Positions 38,900 to 51,000 of a stretch of DNA of 64,000 nucleotides are shown piece by piece. The translations under genes and the position numbers were made by a program. Positions within the stretch are counted from its first letter, which is position 1. The number at the start of each line of letters is the position of its first letter. Source of the stretch: Polyangia bacterium (GTDB taxonomy: Bacteria; Myxococcota_A; Polyangia; Nannocystales; Nannocystaceae); contig JAUIFF010000001.1 of NCBI GenBank assembly GCA_030429545.1, positions 211,599 to 275,598 of the forward strand, in the 5' to 3' direction. Below the pieces are notes generated by a model. It saw only the letters and a list, made by a program, of their open reading frames with translations. It did no database searches and had not been told where the DNA came from.

Positions 38900-39575
38900 T
38901 TCTCGGTAGAGTTAACTTCGCTCTCAAATCAGTTTCAGCAGCGAGTTCGGTCGGGAGAGGCTCGCACAAGGTCGACGACAGCTTCGCCACAACCGGCTTC
39001 ACGCGAGTCGTAGAGGCTTGGTTTTGGTTGGGCGCGGGGGCAGTCGGTCGGGAGAGGCTCGACGACAGCTTCGCCTCACAACCAGCTTCACGCGAGTCGT
39101 AGTGTGAGGCTTGGTCTTGGTTGTGGTGGCAGCGAGTTCGGTCGGGGGAGGCTCGACGACAGCTTCGCCTGTCACGACTCGCTTCACGGCCAAAACATGT
39201 TCGTGAATCGTGGTGTGAGGCTTGGTCTTCGTTCTGGCGCCGTGAGGGACCTGTTTGGTCGTGAGAGTCGGGAGGGACTGGTGGCAGTGAGAGCGGTCGG
39301 TAGGCCGACGATCGCTTCGCCTGTCACGCGACTCGCTTCACGGCCGAAAATCTTCGTGGATCGTGGGGCGCGGGGCCGCCAGTGTGTCGGTGGTCGACTA
39401 TACGACTCGCGTTACGGCCGGAAATCCGCGAAACGCGGTGTGGGGTTGGTCTGGGCACTGGCGGGTGTACGAGTTCGCCTGGGCAGGCGGGTGTGGGGTC
39501 AGAGCGGTCGCGGGAGAGGCTCGCAGTCGGTTGACGACGACTTCGCCTCTCACGACCGAGAAGTCGCTACGACAC
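38900..39575. repeat. Second block of the same intergenic repeat family, ~5 degenerate copies
   Basis: Recurring ...ggtcgggagaggctcgacgacagcttcgcct..cacgactcgcttcacggccaaaa..tt.gtg.atcgtggtgtg.gg.ttggt.t.g... units, related to the 37605-38110 block. Together they flank the DHFR-like gene. Confidence 0.75.
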
Positions 39576-39765
39576 GACGTCCAAGGCTTCGGCTACTTGC
39601 CTCGACTGTGTCGTTGGCCTTGCAAGCTTCGGTGGCCGACTGTGGTTCACAGACCACGGTCTTCGCTTGTATATAAACGGGCCTGTTTTGCACAACAGGT
39701 GACAAACCGGCGGGTTGCGGCCTACACTGCCCGCTGCTGCGCCCGAGCCGAAAGCACCTTCAACT

Positions 39766-41262
39766 ATGCCGACTTCTCGCTCCCCGAATCTGCGCTCACG
39801 TTTTTTGCTCAGCACACTCGCCTGTGCCGGATTGTGTTTGACGCCCTCTGTTGTTCACGCGTCCGGCCTCGATGCCCCGGTGCTTGGTGGTGCGCAGTCG
39901 GGCCCGAACGCCCGTGACGCTGCCGGTGTGTTTTACAACCCCGGTCAGCTCGGGTTTATGAAGCGTGGCGAAGTCTATTTCGGCGGTGCGTTGTTGGTGG
40001 GTGACATTCGCTACACGCGTAATCGGACGGGGCGCTACCAGTACTCAGAGCTGCATAACTTCTCGCACAACGACGGCAGCCCGATTTCCGACGAGTACAT
40101 CGACGCCAGCAAGACCGGGCAGTCCGACGGGGTTAAGACCAATCCGTTTGGCGCGGTGCCGAGTATGTTTATCGCGGTGCCTGTCCTCAAGGATAGACTT
40201 GTGCTCGGTGGTGGTGTCTACGTGCCGAATGCGGCCATCCTCAACCTTCCGTCCGACGGTGCCCAGCGGTGGCAGGTGCAGCAGGCGATGATCCTGATCA
40301 CCAACGTCACGGCCTCGCTCGGTGTGCGGATCAACGACTACATCTCGGTCGGTGGTGGTATCTCCTACGTGCTGGGGTTTGCCGAACTTTCCAAGGTTCA
40401 GGATTTTGGTGCTGTTCCGTTACTTGCAGATGCACTTTCTGAGCCGCCGATCAGCCAGGCCAACGACCTCGGCGACGATGCTCCCCCCGAGGTGCGCGAG
40501 CTCGACTCGCTGTCACGACCGCTTTCACTCAAGCGTGCCTTCTCCCATGGCGTGACGTTTAACGTGGGTATTGCCGCCCGTCCGACCAAAAAGTTTGGGC
40601 TCAACCTGACCTACCAACACAGCTCAGCGATGAAGTTTAAAGGCGACTTCTCGCTGCTGATGGACGACCCGTTTTTTACCGAGAAGCTCGCTGGCGTCGA
40701 GCTACCCGAGGGCAATATCTCGTTTAAACCGCTGATTCAGGGCGACGCGGTTTTGCGGTTTAAAACCCCCAAACGGATCACCCTGGGGATGTCGTATGAC
40801 ATCAACAACAAGTACCGGATCGACGGTTTTGTTGCATATTCACTGTACCGCGAGCTCAAGGCGTTTGATGTCGAGGTCAGCTCGCCCGACCTAGCCCAGC
40901 CCGCCCTCGGCATTGGTGAGTCGACATCCCTGGCGCTGGTCCGCAACTGGAAAGACACCGTCTGGGTCGAGATGAGTGGCCGTTTCCGCCTCACCGATCG
41001 CCTGCTTGGTTCGGCGACACTCGGCTATCAGTCGCCAGCTTCGCCCGATAGCACCATCGACATGGCCTCACCCGACGGCCACCGTCCGCTCGGTGGTATG
41101 GGGCTTGCCTTCGACGTCAACGAGAAGTGGCGACTTCAGGGCGATGCTCGGTTTCAGGGGATCATCCCGCGGACCGTGACCGAGTCAGACTACGACTTGG
41201 GTAATGGTACGTACAAGTTGTTTATCGCGACCTTTGGTCTGCACGCCCAGGCCCGGTTCTAG
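39766..41262 (+). CDS. Outer-membrane transport protein, OMPP1/FadL/TodX family
   Basis: Signal peptide; N-terminal SGLDAPVLGGAQSGPNARDAAGVFYNPGQLG block typical of FadL-like proteins; beta-barrel-like alternating pattern; C-terminal aromatic residue (...AQARF). Confidence 0.7.
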   Translation: MPTSRSPNLRSRFLLSTLACAGLCLTPSVVHASGLDAPVLGGAQSGPNARDAAGVFYNPGQLGFMKRGEVYFGGALLVGDIRYTRNRTGRYQYSELHNFSHNDGSPISDEYIDASKTGQSDGVKTNPFGAVPSMFIAVPVLKDRLVLGGGVYVPNAAILNLPSDGAQRWQVQQAMILITNVTASLGVRINDYISVGGGISYVLGFAELSKVQDFGAVPLLADALSEPPISQANDLGDDAPPEVRELDSLSRPLSLKRAFSHGVTFNVGIAARPTKKFGLNLTYQHSSAMKFKGDFSLLMDDPFFTEKLAGVELPEGNISFKPLIQGDAVLRFKTPKRITLGMSYDINNKYRIDGFVAYSLYRELKAFDVEVSSPDLAQPALGIGESTSLALVRNWKDTVWVEMSGRFRLTDRLLGSATLGYQSPASPDSTIDMASPDGHRPLGGMGLAFDVNEKWRLQGDARFQGIIPRTVTESDYDLGNGTYKLFIATFGLHAQARF

Positions 41263-41280
41263 TTTCCTGGTTGAGCGCCG

Positions 41281-41682
41281 ATGGAGCACCGCGGATCATG
41301 TTTGTGCGGACAGGTGACGTACACCGTCACCGGTGCATTTGAGCACTTTATGTTTTGCCACTGCACGCGCTGCCAAAAGGGCAGCGGCAGTGTCCATGGG
41401 GCGAACCTGTTTGCCCCGGGTGCACACCTCGAGTGGACTGGTGAGGGGGAGGTGCGCACCTATCAGGTTCCCAACACGCGCCACTCCCGGAGCTTTTGCG
41501 TGCGCTGTGGCTCCGCGGTGCCGACGTTGGCGATGGCTGGCAAGCTTGTGGTCGTGCCCGCGGGTTCACTCGACACTCGCCTCGATAAAGCCCCAGATGC
41601 CCACATTTTTTGCGGTGACCAGGCGAGCTGGGAGGGGTTGCTTACCGACTTGCCGCGGTTTGATACCCTGCCAAAGATGTAG
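41281..41682 (+). CDS. GFA-family protein (glutathione-dependent formaldehyde-activating enzyme / CENP-V-like Zn-binding domain)
   Basis: 133 aa; GSCLCGQVTY...CHCTRCQK...CVRCGS cysteine pattern of the GFA domain. Confidence 0.8.
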   Translation: MEHRGSCLCGQVTYTVTGAFEHFMFCHCTRCQKGSGSVHGANLFAPGAHLEWTGEGEVRTYQVPNTRHSRSFCVRCGSAVPTLAMAGKLVVVPAGSLDTRLDKAPDAHIFCGDQASWEGLLTDLPRFDTLPKM

Positions 41683-41699
41683 CTACATTAACCTGTGCG

Positions 41700-42095
41700 G
41701 GGTGGCGAGCAGCCCGTGGGTTTAACCCACGCAGTTGCCGAGCCGGACGATGTTGGTCCTTGCGAGTTTTTTCGACGAAACCGACAAAAACCTGTCCAGA
41801 GCGGCTAGCAGCTGTGGTTTTTGTCGTGGCACCCACGCAGTTGCCGAGCCGATGTTGGTCCAAAAATGTAGCTACATTTAACTCGTCCGGAGCAGCTGGC
41901 AGTTTGGGGTTTTTGTCGTGGCACCCCCACGCAGTTGCCGAGCCGGCTGATGTTGGTCCTAGCGAGTTTTGCCAACGAACCCGACAAAAACCGCAGTCCA
42001 GAGTAGCTAGTAAGCCTGTAGATTTTATTGTTGCACCCGAGCTAGTGGTCCTGGCGAGTTTTGCCGACTAACCCGACAAAAACCGCAGCTTGAGG
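41700..42095. repeat. Intergenic tandem repeat, ~4 degenerate copies of a ~95-bp unit with palindromic TGTAGCTACA motifs
   Basis: Units share cacgcagttgccgagccgg.tgatgttggtcct.gcgagtttt.c.a.gaa.ccgacaaaaacc... The palindrome atgtagctacatt sits at ~41683 and ~41868. Confidence 0.75.
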
Positions 42096-43363
42096 TAGTA
42101 CAGGGCGAAGGCCGCCAGGCAGGCGATACTCACCCAGCTGTAGGCTTGCATGCCGCGGCCGGGACGGGCGGCCTCGGGGACCTCGCTGCCGAGGATGGCC
42201 CGGTGGTTCATCCACGCGAGGATTGGCGCAGTCAAAAACGAAAGCACGGTGGCGAGGTCAACCATGCCCTTGAGGTTTTTGATGAACTGGCCAAGGACAA
42301 GCAACGAGCCGACCCCGAGGATGACGAGTGCTCCCCAGTAGCTCTTGCTCGACTTGTGCTGGTCGCCAGCTTCGGGTTGCTCGGGGCTTTGGAAACGGGC
42401 GACGAGGCCACTGAGGGCCCGGGGAAATCCGTCGATCACGGTCAGGACGGTCGAGCACATCACGGTGAGGGCACAAAAGCCAATGACGGGGCGGCTCCAC
42501 TCGCCGAGGTTTTGTGTGTAGAGGTCGATGACCTGGTTGGCAAATCCGCCGGCCGTCGTTGCCAGCTGCTGGCCGCTGCCGAACATCACACCTGCCCCTA
42601 AGAGCACGTAACACAGGGCGAGCAGGGCGGTGCCGATGTAGCCGATGTTGAAGTCGACAAGGACTTCTCGAACACTTGGCCGGTGGCCGGTGCTGTCGCG
42701 GCGGGCGAGTGTCCAAAGTGAGTGCCACACCGCGATGTCGAGCGCAGTCGGCATCCACCCGACCAAAGCCGCGGCAAAGAAGACGGTCTTCGGGTCCCAG
42801 TCGCTGGCGCCGAGGATCCACGGTGAGCTCCAGTCGATCTGCCCAAGTGCCAGTGTGGTCGCCGCCAGGGTGGCGATTGTCAGCGTGACGACGATTACCT
42901 TGATCACGCGGTCGAGCAGGCGAAACTGACCCATCCCGTTGATCCCTGCGCCGAGCACGGTGATGACCAGGGCATACATCATGAGTGAGAGCCCGTTGCC
43001 AAACAGCGCGAGGGCCAAACCCGCGGTGACGATCGTGACCGCCGCCTGGACCGCGAACATGGTGCCGACCGTGAGGACGCCGTAGAGAATCAACGCCCAC
43101 TTACCCTGGCGGCGGTAGGCTTCGAGCAGGCTTGTGCCGGTCGCGGCCGCGTAGCGCGGGCCGAAGTTAAACCCTGGGTACTTGAGGACGTTGGCCACAA
43201 CCACCAAGCCCAGCATCGCCAGCCCGTACATGGCACCTGCGCGCGTCGACTGGACGAGGTGGGAAACGCCGACAGCTGTGCCCGCAAATAAAAACCCCGG
43301 TCCGAGTGCCTTGAGCAGGTTGGGGCGTGGGGACGCGGTCGACGGAGAGGTCATAACCGGCAT
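42068..43363 (-). CDS. NRAMP-family divalent metal cation transporter (MntH-like)
   Basis: 431-aa, 11-TM protein with NRAMP blocks (GPGFLFAGTAVGVSHLVQST, MPTALDIAVWHS). Confidence 0.85.
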   Translation of the reverse strand: MPVMTSPSTASPRPNLLKALGPGFLFAGTAVGVSHLVQSTRAGAMYGLAMLGLVVVANVLKYPGFNFGPRYAAATGTSLLEAYRRQGKWALILYGVLTVGTMFAVQAAVTIVTAGLALALFGNGLSLMMYALVITVLGAGINGMGQFRLLDRVIKVIVVTLTIATLAATTLALGQIDWSSPWILGASDWDPKTVFFAAALVGWMPTALDIAVWHSLWTLARRDSTGHRPSVREVLVDFNIGYIGTALLALCYVLLGAGVMFGSGQQLATTAGGFANQVIDLYTQNLGEWSRPVIGFCALTVMCSTVLTVIDGFPRALSGLVARFQSPEQPEAGDQHKSSKSYWGALVILGVGSLLVLGQFIKNLKGMVDLATVLSFLTAPILAWMNHRAILGSEVPEAARPGRGMQAYSWVSIACLAAFALYYLKLRFLSG

Positions 43364-43496
43364 GACACTACCGCATCCAGCGACGTTTTAGCTGCACAGA
43401 TGCAACTGCACCGACCTTTGCTCGGCATATCGGGCCTGTTTAGATTTTGCCAACTTGACACGTGTTCACGGCCCGCCGTAACGTCGCCATAGATCG

Positions 43497-45359
<1,863 letters not shown>

Positions 45360-45372
45360 CCACTGGGGCGGG

Positions 45373-46437
45373 CTAGTTCGGCGGCGCCGATTGGGCTCCG
45401 GCTGTATCCGGAATATGGCTGGGAGCCGGCAAGAAGTCGGTCGAAAACGCGGCACTCGGATCGACCGATTTGGCTTCGAGCATGCCGGCCTCAACTAGTT
45501 GGTCATACAACGAAGACCAGCGCTCGAGTGTCATGGCCCCGGTCCCGAGTTTGGGCGCATCGCCGCCGGTGACAAGCGGGGTCAGGGCCGAGGCCCCGTA
45601 GTCGAGGACATCGATGGCCATCTCAGGGTTGAGCTGATGAATCTTCTTGTGGGTTGGTGCCGGGTCGGCGAGGTAGTGCTCCCAGCCGCGGACACTTGCA
45701 CGCACCATCTTGGCCACAGTCTCGCGATTGTCTTTGATCATGGCCTCTGAGGTAATCAACAAGCTGGCGTAGGGGTTGAAGCCGAGTTCCGAAACCATCA
45801 GGCAGCGGACCTTGGCACCCTTTGCCCGGGCGACAAACGGCTCGCTAAACACATAGGCCTGTTGGGCCATTTTGGTATCGACCAAAAATGCTGCGAGGTT
45901 GCCGGAGTAGGGGACAACCTTCACGCCCGTGAGTGGGGCGCGTCGCCGGAGAATTTGCGAAAACGGCTCCTTGGCGCCCATAGCTAGGGTCATGTCGGTG
46001 AGGTCACCAAGTTGCTCGACCCCGCTTTGCTCATGCACGAGGATACACCGCGGGCTTTCCTGGACAGGTGCCATCACAGCCACGAGCGGAGCCTGTTGAC
46101 CGCGGGCGAGCAAAACTTCGGCGGCTTCGGAGATACCAAAAGCGACGCGCCCGGTGGCAACCTGGGGCCCAACGGGGGCATCGGGACGACCGGGGATGAT
46201 CTCGACGTCGAGCCCTTCCTTGGCGTAGTAGCCATGGACGGCCGCGGCATAAAACCCACCGTGTTCAGCCTCGGGAAACCAGTTGAGCACCAACTTGACG
46301 GTCGACGATTTCGCCGTTTGTCCGCCGGCGTTCTCGGCCGACTTCTGGCAACCTGCGGACACAGCAAAAGTGCAGATACATGCAATCCCGAGAGCAGCTA
46401 CGAGCTTGCGATTGTTGTCCCGATTGGGTTGGCGCAC
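45373..46437 (-). CDS. NMT1/SsuA/TauA-like ABC-transporter substrate-binding lipoprotein
   Basis: Lipobox AVSAGC; LVLNWFPEAEHGGFYAA block typical of the NMT1/THI5 (nitrate/sulfonate/bicarbonate) substrate-binding family. Confidence 0.7.
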   Translation of the reverse strand: MRQPNRDNNRKLVAALGIACICTFAVSAGCQKSAENAGGQTAKSSTVKLVLNWFPEAEHGGFYAAAVHGYYAKEGLDVEIIPGRPDAPVGPQVATGRVAFGISEAAEVLLARGQQAPLVAVMAPVQESPRCILVHEQSGVEQLGDLTDMTLAMGAKEPFSQILRRRAPLTGVKVVPYSGNLAAFLVDTKMAQQAYVFSEPFVARAKGAKVRCLMVSELGFNPYASLLITSEAMIKDNRETVAKMVRASVRGWEHYLADPAPTHKKIHQLNPEMAIDVLDYGASALTPLVTGGDAPKLGTGAMTLERWSSLYDQLVEAGMLEAKSVDPSAAFSTDFLPAPSHIPDTAGAQSAPPN

Positions 46438-46458
46438 GGGGACGGTCTAACAGGCCGT

Positions 46459-47712
46459 CTAGGTCTCTCCAAGTAAAAAGACGGCGACGACTGTGAGGAG
46501 GAGCAACCCGACCAGGAGCAGCAGGCGCAACAGGTGGGAATTGGCGGACTCCTCCGGTCCTGAGTCTTCGTCGGGCAAAAACTGGAGGGTACTGGTGACC
46601 TCGGGATAGGGGTCGGTGGCCGGGTGTGGCGTGGGCAAGCGAGCGCCCGGGAGCATGTGCCGGCGTGTCGTCAACCTCCGGTAGGAGCGCCGCGAAGTCG
46701 AGCCTGCACTGTCTGACGAAAATATCGAGCCCTTGGTCAGGCTGTCCTCGGCGGCCCGAAGTTCCTGCGGGGAGTTGCCCGCGAGTTGGGTCGCCGACAG
46801 CAGCGCGCGTTCACTGGCGATCAGGGCCTCCGTCAGGGCGCGGGTGGTTTGGAAGCGTAGTTGCGGGTCCTTGTGTAGGGCCCGCAGCACAAGTGCCTCG
46901 AGTGGGGCAGGGATTCCGGCCGCGGGGGCGGCGTCTGAAAACGGAGGTGGTTGTTTGGTCAGGTGGCCGGCAACAATCTCGACCTCGTGTGAGCCCAAAA
47001 ACGGCAGGCGACCCGTGAGCATCTGGTACATCACCACGCCTAGGGCGTAGACATCGCTACGGGAGTCGGGTGGGTGCCCCTGGCAAAGCTCGGGCGCACG
47101 GTAGTGGGGATCGCTATTGTCTGTCCCCGAGGTCATGTGCGAAGACGACGAATTGGCGAGCACAAGCTTGGTGTCGTGCGACGTGCCAGTGAGCCCGAAG
47201 TTGACGATCTTGACAAGGTCGCGCGGGCCGTCTGTATCTACAACAATACAGTTGCGCGCGGTCAGGTTGCGGTGGATCAGTCCGTGCCGGTGAGCTGCGT
47301 GCAGGCCCCGGCAGATTTGCAGTGCCAGCCGGGTGGCGCGGACCCACGGCAATGGTCGCGAAGATTGCTGCAGCAACAACTCCAACGATGTGCCCTCGAT
47401 CCACTCTCCGACGAGGTAGTAGGAGCCATCCTCGGTTTGACCCCAGCCATGGACGGTTGCGATGTGTTCATGGGCGAGCATGGTCGCCTTGTTGGCAACG
47501 CCGGCCAAGCGCTGGGCAAATGCCTCATCCCCGCGTTGCGACTCGAACACTCGCAATGCGAAGGTTTCCCGATCGGGTGCACGTGTTGCCTCGTAGACAT
47601 CACTGAGATTGTCCTGGTCGATCCGCGGACCCAACGTCAGCGACGAGCCGACGACCTGGCCTGTGCGGGGCCCGGAGGTCTCATTGATTTGCGAGATAGC
47701 TTGCATGACCAA
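46459..47712 (-). CDS. Ser/Thr kinase-like protein, predicted pseudokinase, with C-terminal TM anchor
   Basis: Hanks-type fold with degenerate catalytic positions: HRNLTARN instead of HRDLKPxN, NFG instead of DFG, ALRV instead of VAIK, and a degenerate Gly loop. The APE box is retained. Confidence 0.65.
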   Translation of the reverse strand: MVMQAISQINETSGPRTGQVVGSSLTLGPRIDQDNLSDVYEATRAPDRETFALRVFESQRGDEAFAQRLAGVANKATMLAHEHIATVHGWGQTEDGSYYLVGEWIEGTSLELLLQQSSRPLPWVRATRLALQICRGLHAAHRHGLIHRNLTARNCIVVDTDGPRDLVKIVNFGLTGTSHDTKLVLANSSSSHMTSGTDNSDPHYRAPELCQGHPPDSRSDVYALGVVMYQMLTGRLPFLGSHEVEIVAGHLTKQPPPFSDAAPAAGIPAPLEALVLRALHKDPQLRFQTTRALTEALIASERALLSATQLAGNSPQELRAAEDSLTKGSIFSSDSAGSTSRRSYRRLTTRRHMLPGARLPTPHPATDPYPEVTSTLQFLPDEDSGPEESANSHLLRLLLLVGLLLLTVVAVFLLGET

Positions 47713-48072
47713 CGACGCTTCACCACGTATCCACAGTTTTGAGCCAGAATTCTAGCACCCAAACACTAGATTTGCTGGCAAACGACGTTCGTTTGTGAAA
47801 ATGGGTGATGCCCTGTCGGTTTCTCTCGGAGGTAGTGGCAGACGGTTAAGTTCCATTGCGCAAACTTTGCTGACACTGTTGTGGATTGATCGAAGGTTCA
47901 CTTCTCCGTTTGTATAGACTTTATGTGGCAACTGTGGTCAGCGTTTGCTGAGTACGCTTTCGCGCACATGTGCAACTCCCGCAGGTCAATGATCTCGAGC
48001 GGATCAAGCACGCCCCAAGGGGCTAAACAACCCTTGCGCTCGCGGCGGCCAGCGGCGTAGAAACAAGTCCTC

Positions 48073-51000
48073 GTGAAGCTTGTTCGTCGCGCCACCCTGA
48101 GCCACAAAGTCGGATCGACCGAAAAGGTCTACGAAGTCGAACTGTGTCGGGTCGCCAGCGGCAAGTTTCTCGTCAACTTCCGGTACGGGCACAAGGGCAG
48201 TGTCCTCAAGGAAGGGACCAAAACCCATCGCTCTGTCGCAGAAGCCAAGGCTCGCTCCATTTTTGCTCGACTCGTCGACGACAAAAAACGCAAGGGCTAT
48301 GTCGAGGCTGGGCAACCCCAACGGGTGGCGAAGAAGTCGAACAAAGGGTCGGGGTCGGCATTGCCGGCTTCGCCCGGGGATCGGATCAAGGGGATCATCG
48401 CCCGGGTCGAGAACCAAAATACGACGTCGTGGGCACTGTCCCGCGCGGTTTGGCGGGCTGGCGAGCTCAAGCTCAAAGAGGCCGTGCCCCACATGGTCAA
48501 GCTCGTTGGCTCGGGCTCATGGATGCTCCAGTACTGCTTAGCCTGGGCACTTGGTCGATGCGGTGACGCGACAACCTTTGAAGCCTTGCTGCGCACCCAG
48601 GGCAACGAGGTCGCGCTACTCAAGTGCGATAGTTGCCACAAGAAAAATCGGATTCCGTGGTCACGGTTTCCCACCTACGCTGCCAGCTGTGGCCATTGTG
48701 GGCAAAAGCTTCGCCGTGTCGATCGGCCGTTGAGCCTGGCGGCCGACTCGATTCAGGTGTTGTTTCCGGCGGCCTCCAAACATCCCGCAGTTGCGAGGAT
48801 GGCACTCGAAGCCGTGCGCGCCTGGGGTGGCGAGGCGGCCGAAAGTGTAGCTACATCGGTTTACGATTCGCTCCCGGGAGTCTTTCAACAGGCGCTCGAC
48901 AAAGAAGACGAAGACGCGTTTGCAGCTGCCCTCGAAGCCGAGTTGGCAGCACCCGGGCGTGATACCTGGACCATTTTAGAGCGGATCTACATGCTCGAGG
49001 ACCCGTGCATTCGCCCGGGCCTCCTCAAAGCACTGCGTACCCTCGACCTCAAACCCGGGGCGTTTCGGGCGATGCGACACATCTTTAAGCTCGCCGAAGG
49101 TCGGGGCGACGGCGAGGTGTTTGGTCTGCTCGCCTACCGGTTTGAGCGCGCGCGCGGGAACTTCCGCAACTCCCGTGTCTATACAAGTGTCCATGGGCGG
49201 TGGACCCGTGCCAGCACCGAGTTGGCCAAGGACGATTCGCGCCTGTGCTTTTCCAACACCACCCGCGAGTACATGCGCCGTCGCACCTGGCGGACGGTCC
49301 AGCGCTTGGGTGAGCTCGGCGAGGCCGAACAGTACGTGCGGATGGCGGTTGGTGTGTTGCTACCATTTACCGACACCGACGGCGGCAACGTCCGAAGCCG
49401 TCGCAGATACAACTACCGCACGCGGGGTTACACGACCGACTACTGGGATAAATTTTGCCAGTACGAGGCGTTTAACCGAGTCCTGTTTGACAACAGCCAT
49501 CGCTACGAGCGGCAGCATCGGGCCAAGTTGTGGCGTTGCACCGGCGGGTTTACGCCCGGTGATGCACTCCCGCAAAACCGCGAAGAGGCGTTTGCCGAGC
49601 TTTGGGACAAGGTCCCGGTCGGGCTGCTGCACTTGCTAGCCGAGAGCCGTTGCGAGCAGGTGCACGACTTTGCTTCGCGGGCGTTGCGGGCCAACAAAAA
49701 ATTCTGCGAGGGTCTCGATGTCGAAACCCTCACCATGTTGTTGGGTCGCGGGTACAAGCGCACGGTCCGGCTCGCGTTTGAGTTGGCAGTCGAGCGTTAC
49801 GACCCGCGCAACCCCGACATCGACTTGGTCGCAGCCATGGTCAACTGTTCGGTTGAGGAGGCACGGCTGCAAGCCCAGCGCTGGATCCATCAGGACCGTC
49901 AGCGGTTTTTGCAAGACCGTGGCCTCGTCGCCGACATGATCCTCTCGCAGCAACAGGACACCCGCAAGTTCACCGAGCGGTTGTTGGCGTCGGCCTCGCT
50001 CGATCCACTCGCCGCCGAGGCCTTGATCGCCACCGTGATTTCACGGCTGTTGGTCCTGTCGCCCGGCTTCAACGAGAACACGGCATTGGCCAAGGATGCC
50101 GGCGAGTTGTTGCTCAAGGTGTTTGCTCGGCCGCTGCGCTCGATCGGTTTGGGTGTTGTCGAGGACCTCGCCAAGCACAAGCTGGTGGCGCTGCAGCAGT
50201 TTGCCGCGCAAATCCTCGTGGCCCACGACACGCGCCCCCGCGACCTCCCCGAGGACTTGCTGGCGGCGGTCATGAACTCGATTCACCCAGACGTCCGCGG
50301 AATTGGCATCCGCCTGTTCGGTGAGTTGCCCGACCGCGAGTTGCTCGACCGCAAGGCCCTGATCCTCGCATTGGTGACCTCGAGGCAAGAAGATGTCCGT
50401 GAGGCCATCCGCCCGGTCATTCAACGGTTGGTCGGGACCTACCGCGAGTTTGCCGATGAGCTCTCGTCGCTTTTGCTCGCCAGCCTGCTGCGCAAGGAGT
50501 CCCACAAGGGGCTGCACAACTACCTCCTGCGGCTGTTTAAAGACGAGCTGTTGCCCTCGCTTCGGCACGTTCGTAAGCCGTTGGTGTTGCGACTTTTAAG
50601 GGCCCCATCGTCGGCTGCCCAGGAACTCGGTGGCTTGCTGCTCGCCCGCAACATCGACCCAGCCGAACTCACTGTGCGCGAGGTTGTACGGTTGGCCAGC
50701 CACGAGATTCGTTCGGTCCGCGAGGCCGCGTGGAAGTTTTACACCGACAACCCCGAGCGGATCCGTGACGAAATCGAAGAGGGGATCCGCCTGCTCGACG
50801 CCACCTGGGACGACTCGCGTGCATTTGCATTTGAGTGGTTTGGCACTGTGCTCGACAAGCACGACTTCGACCCGGATATTCTCGTGTCGATTTGCGATAG
50901 CGTGCGCGAAGATGTCCAGCAGTTTGGGCGCCGGTTGGTCACCCGCTACTTTACCGAACAAGACGGTCACGAGTACCTGTTGCGACTGTCGGAGCATCCG

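Noticed and set aside
42258-43100. 280-aa minus-strand ORF
   Set aside because: Alternative frame of the NRAMP transporter gene; Arg/Pro-rich.
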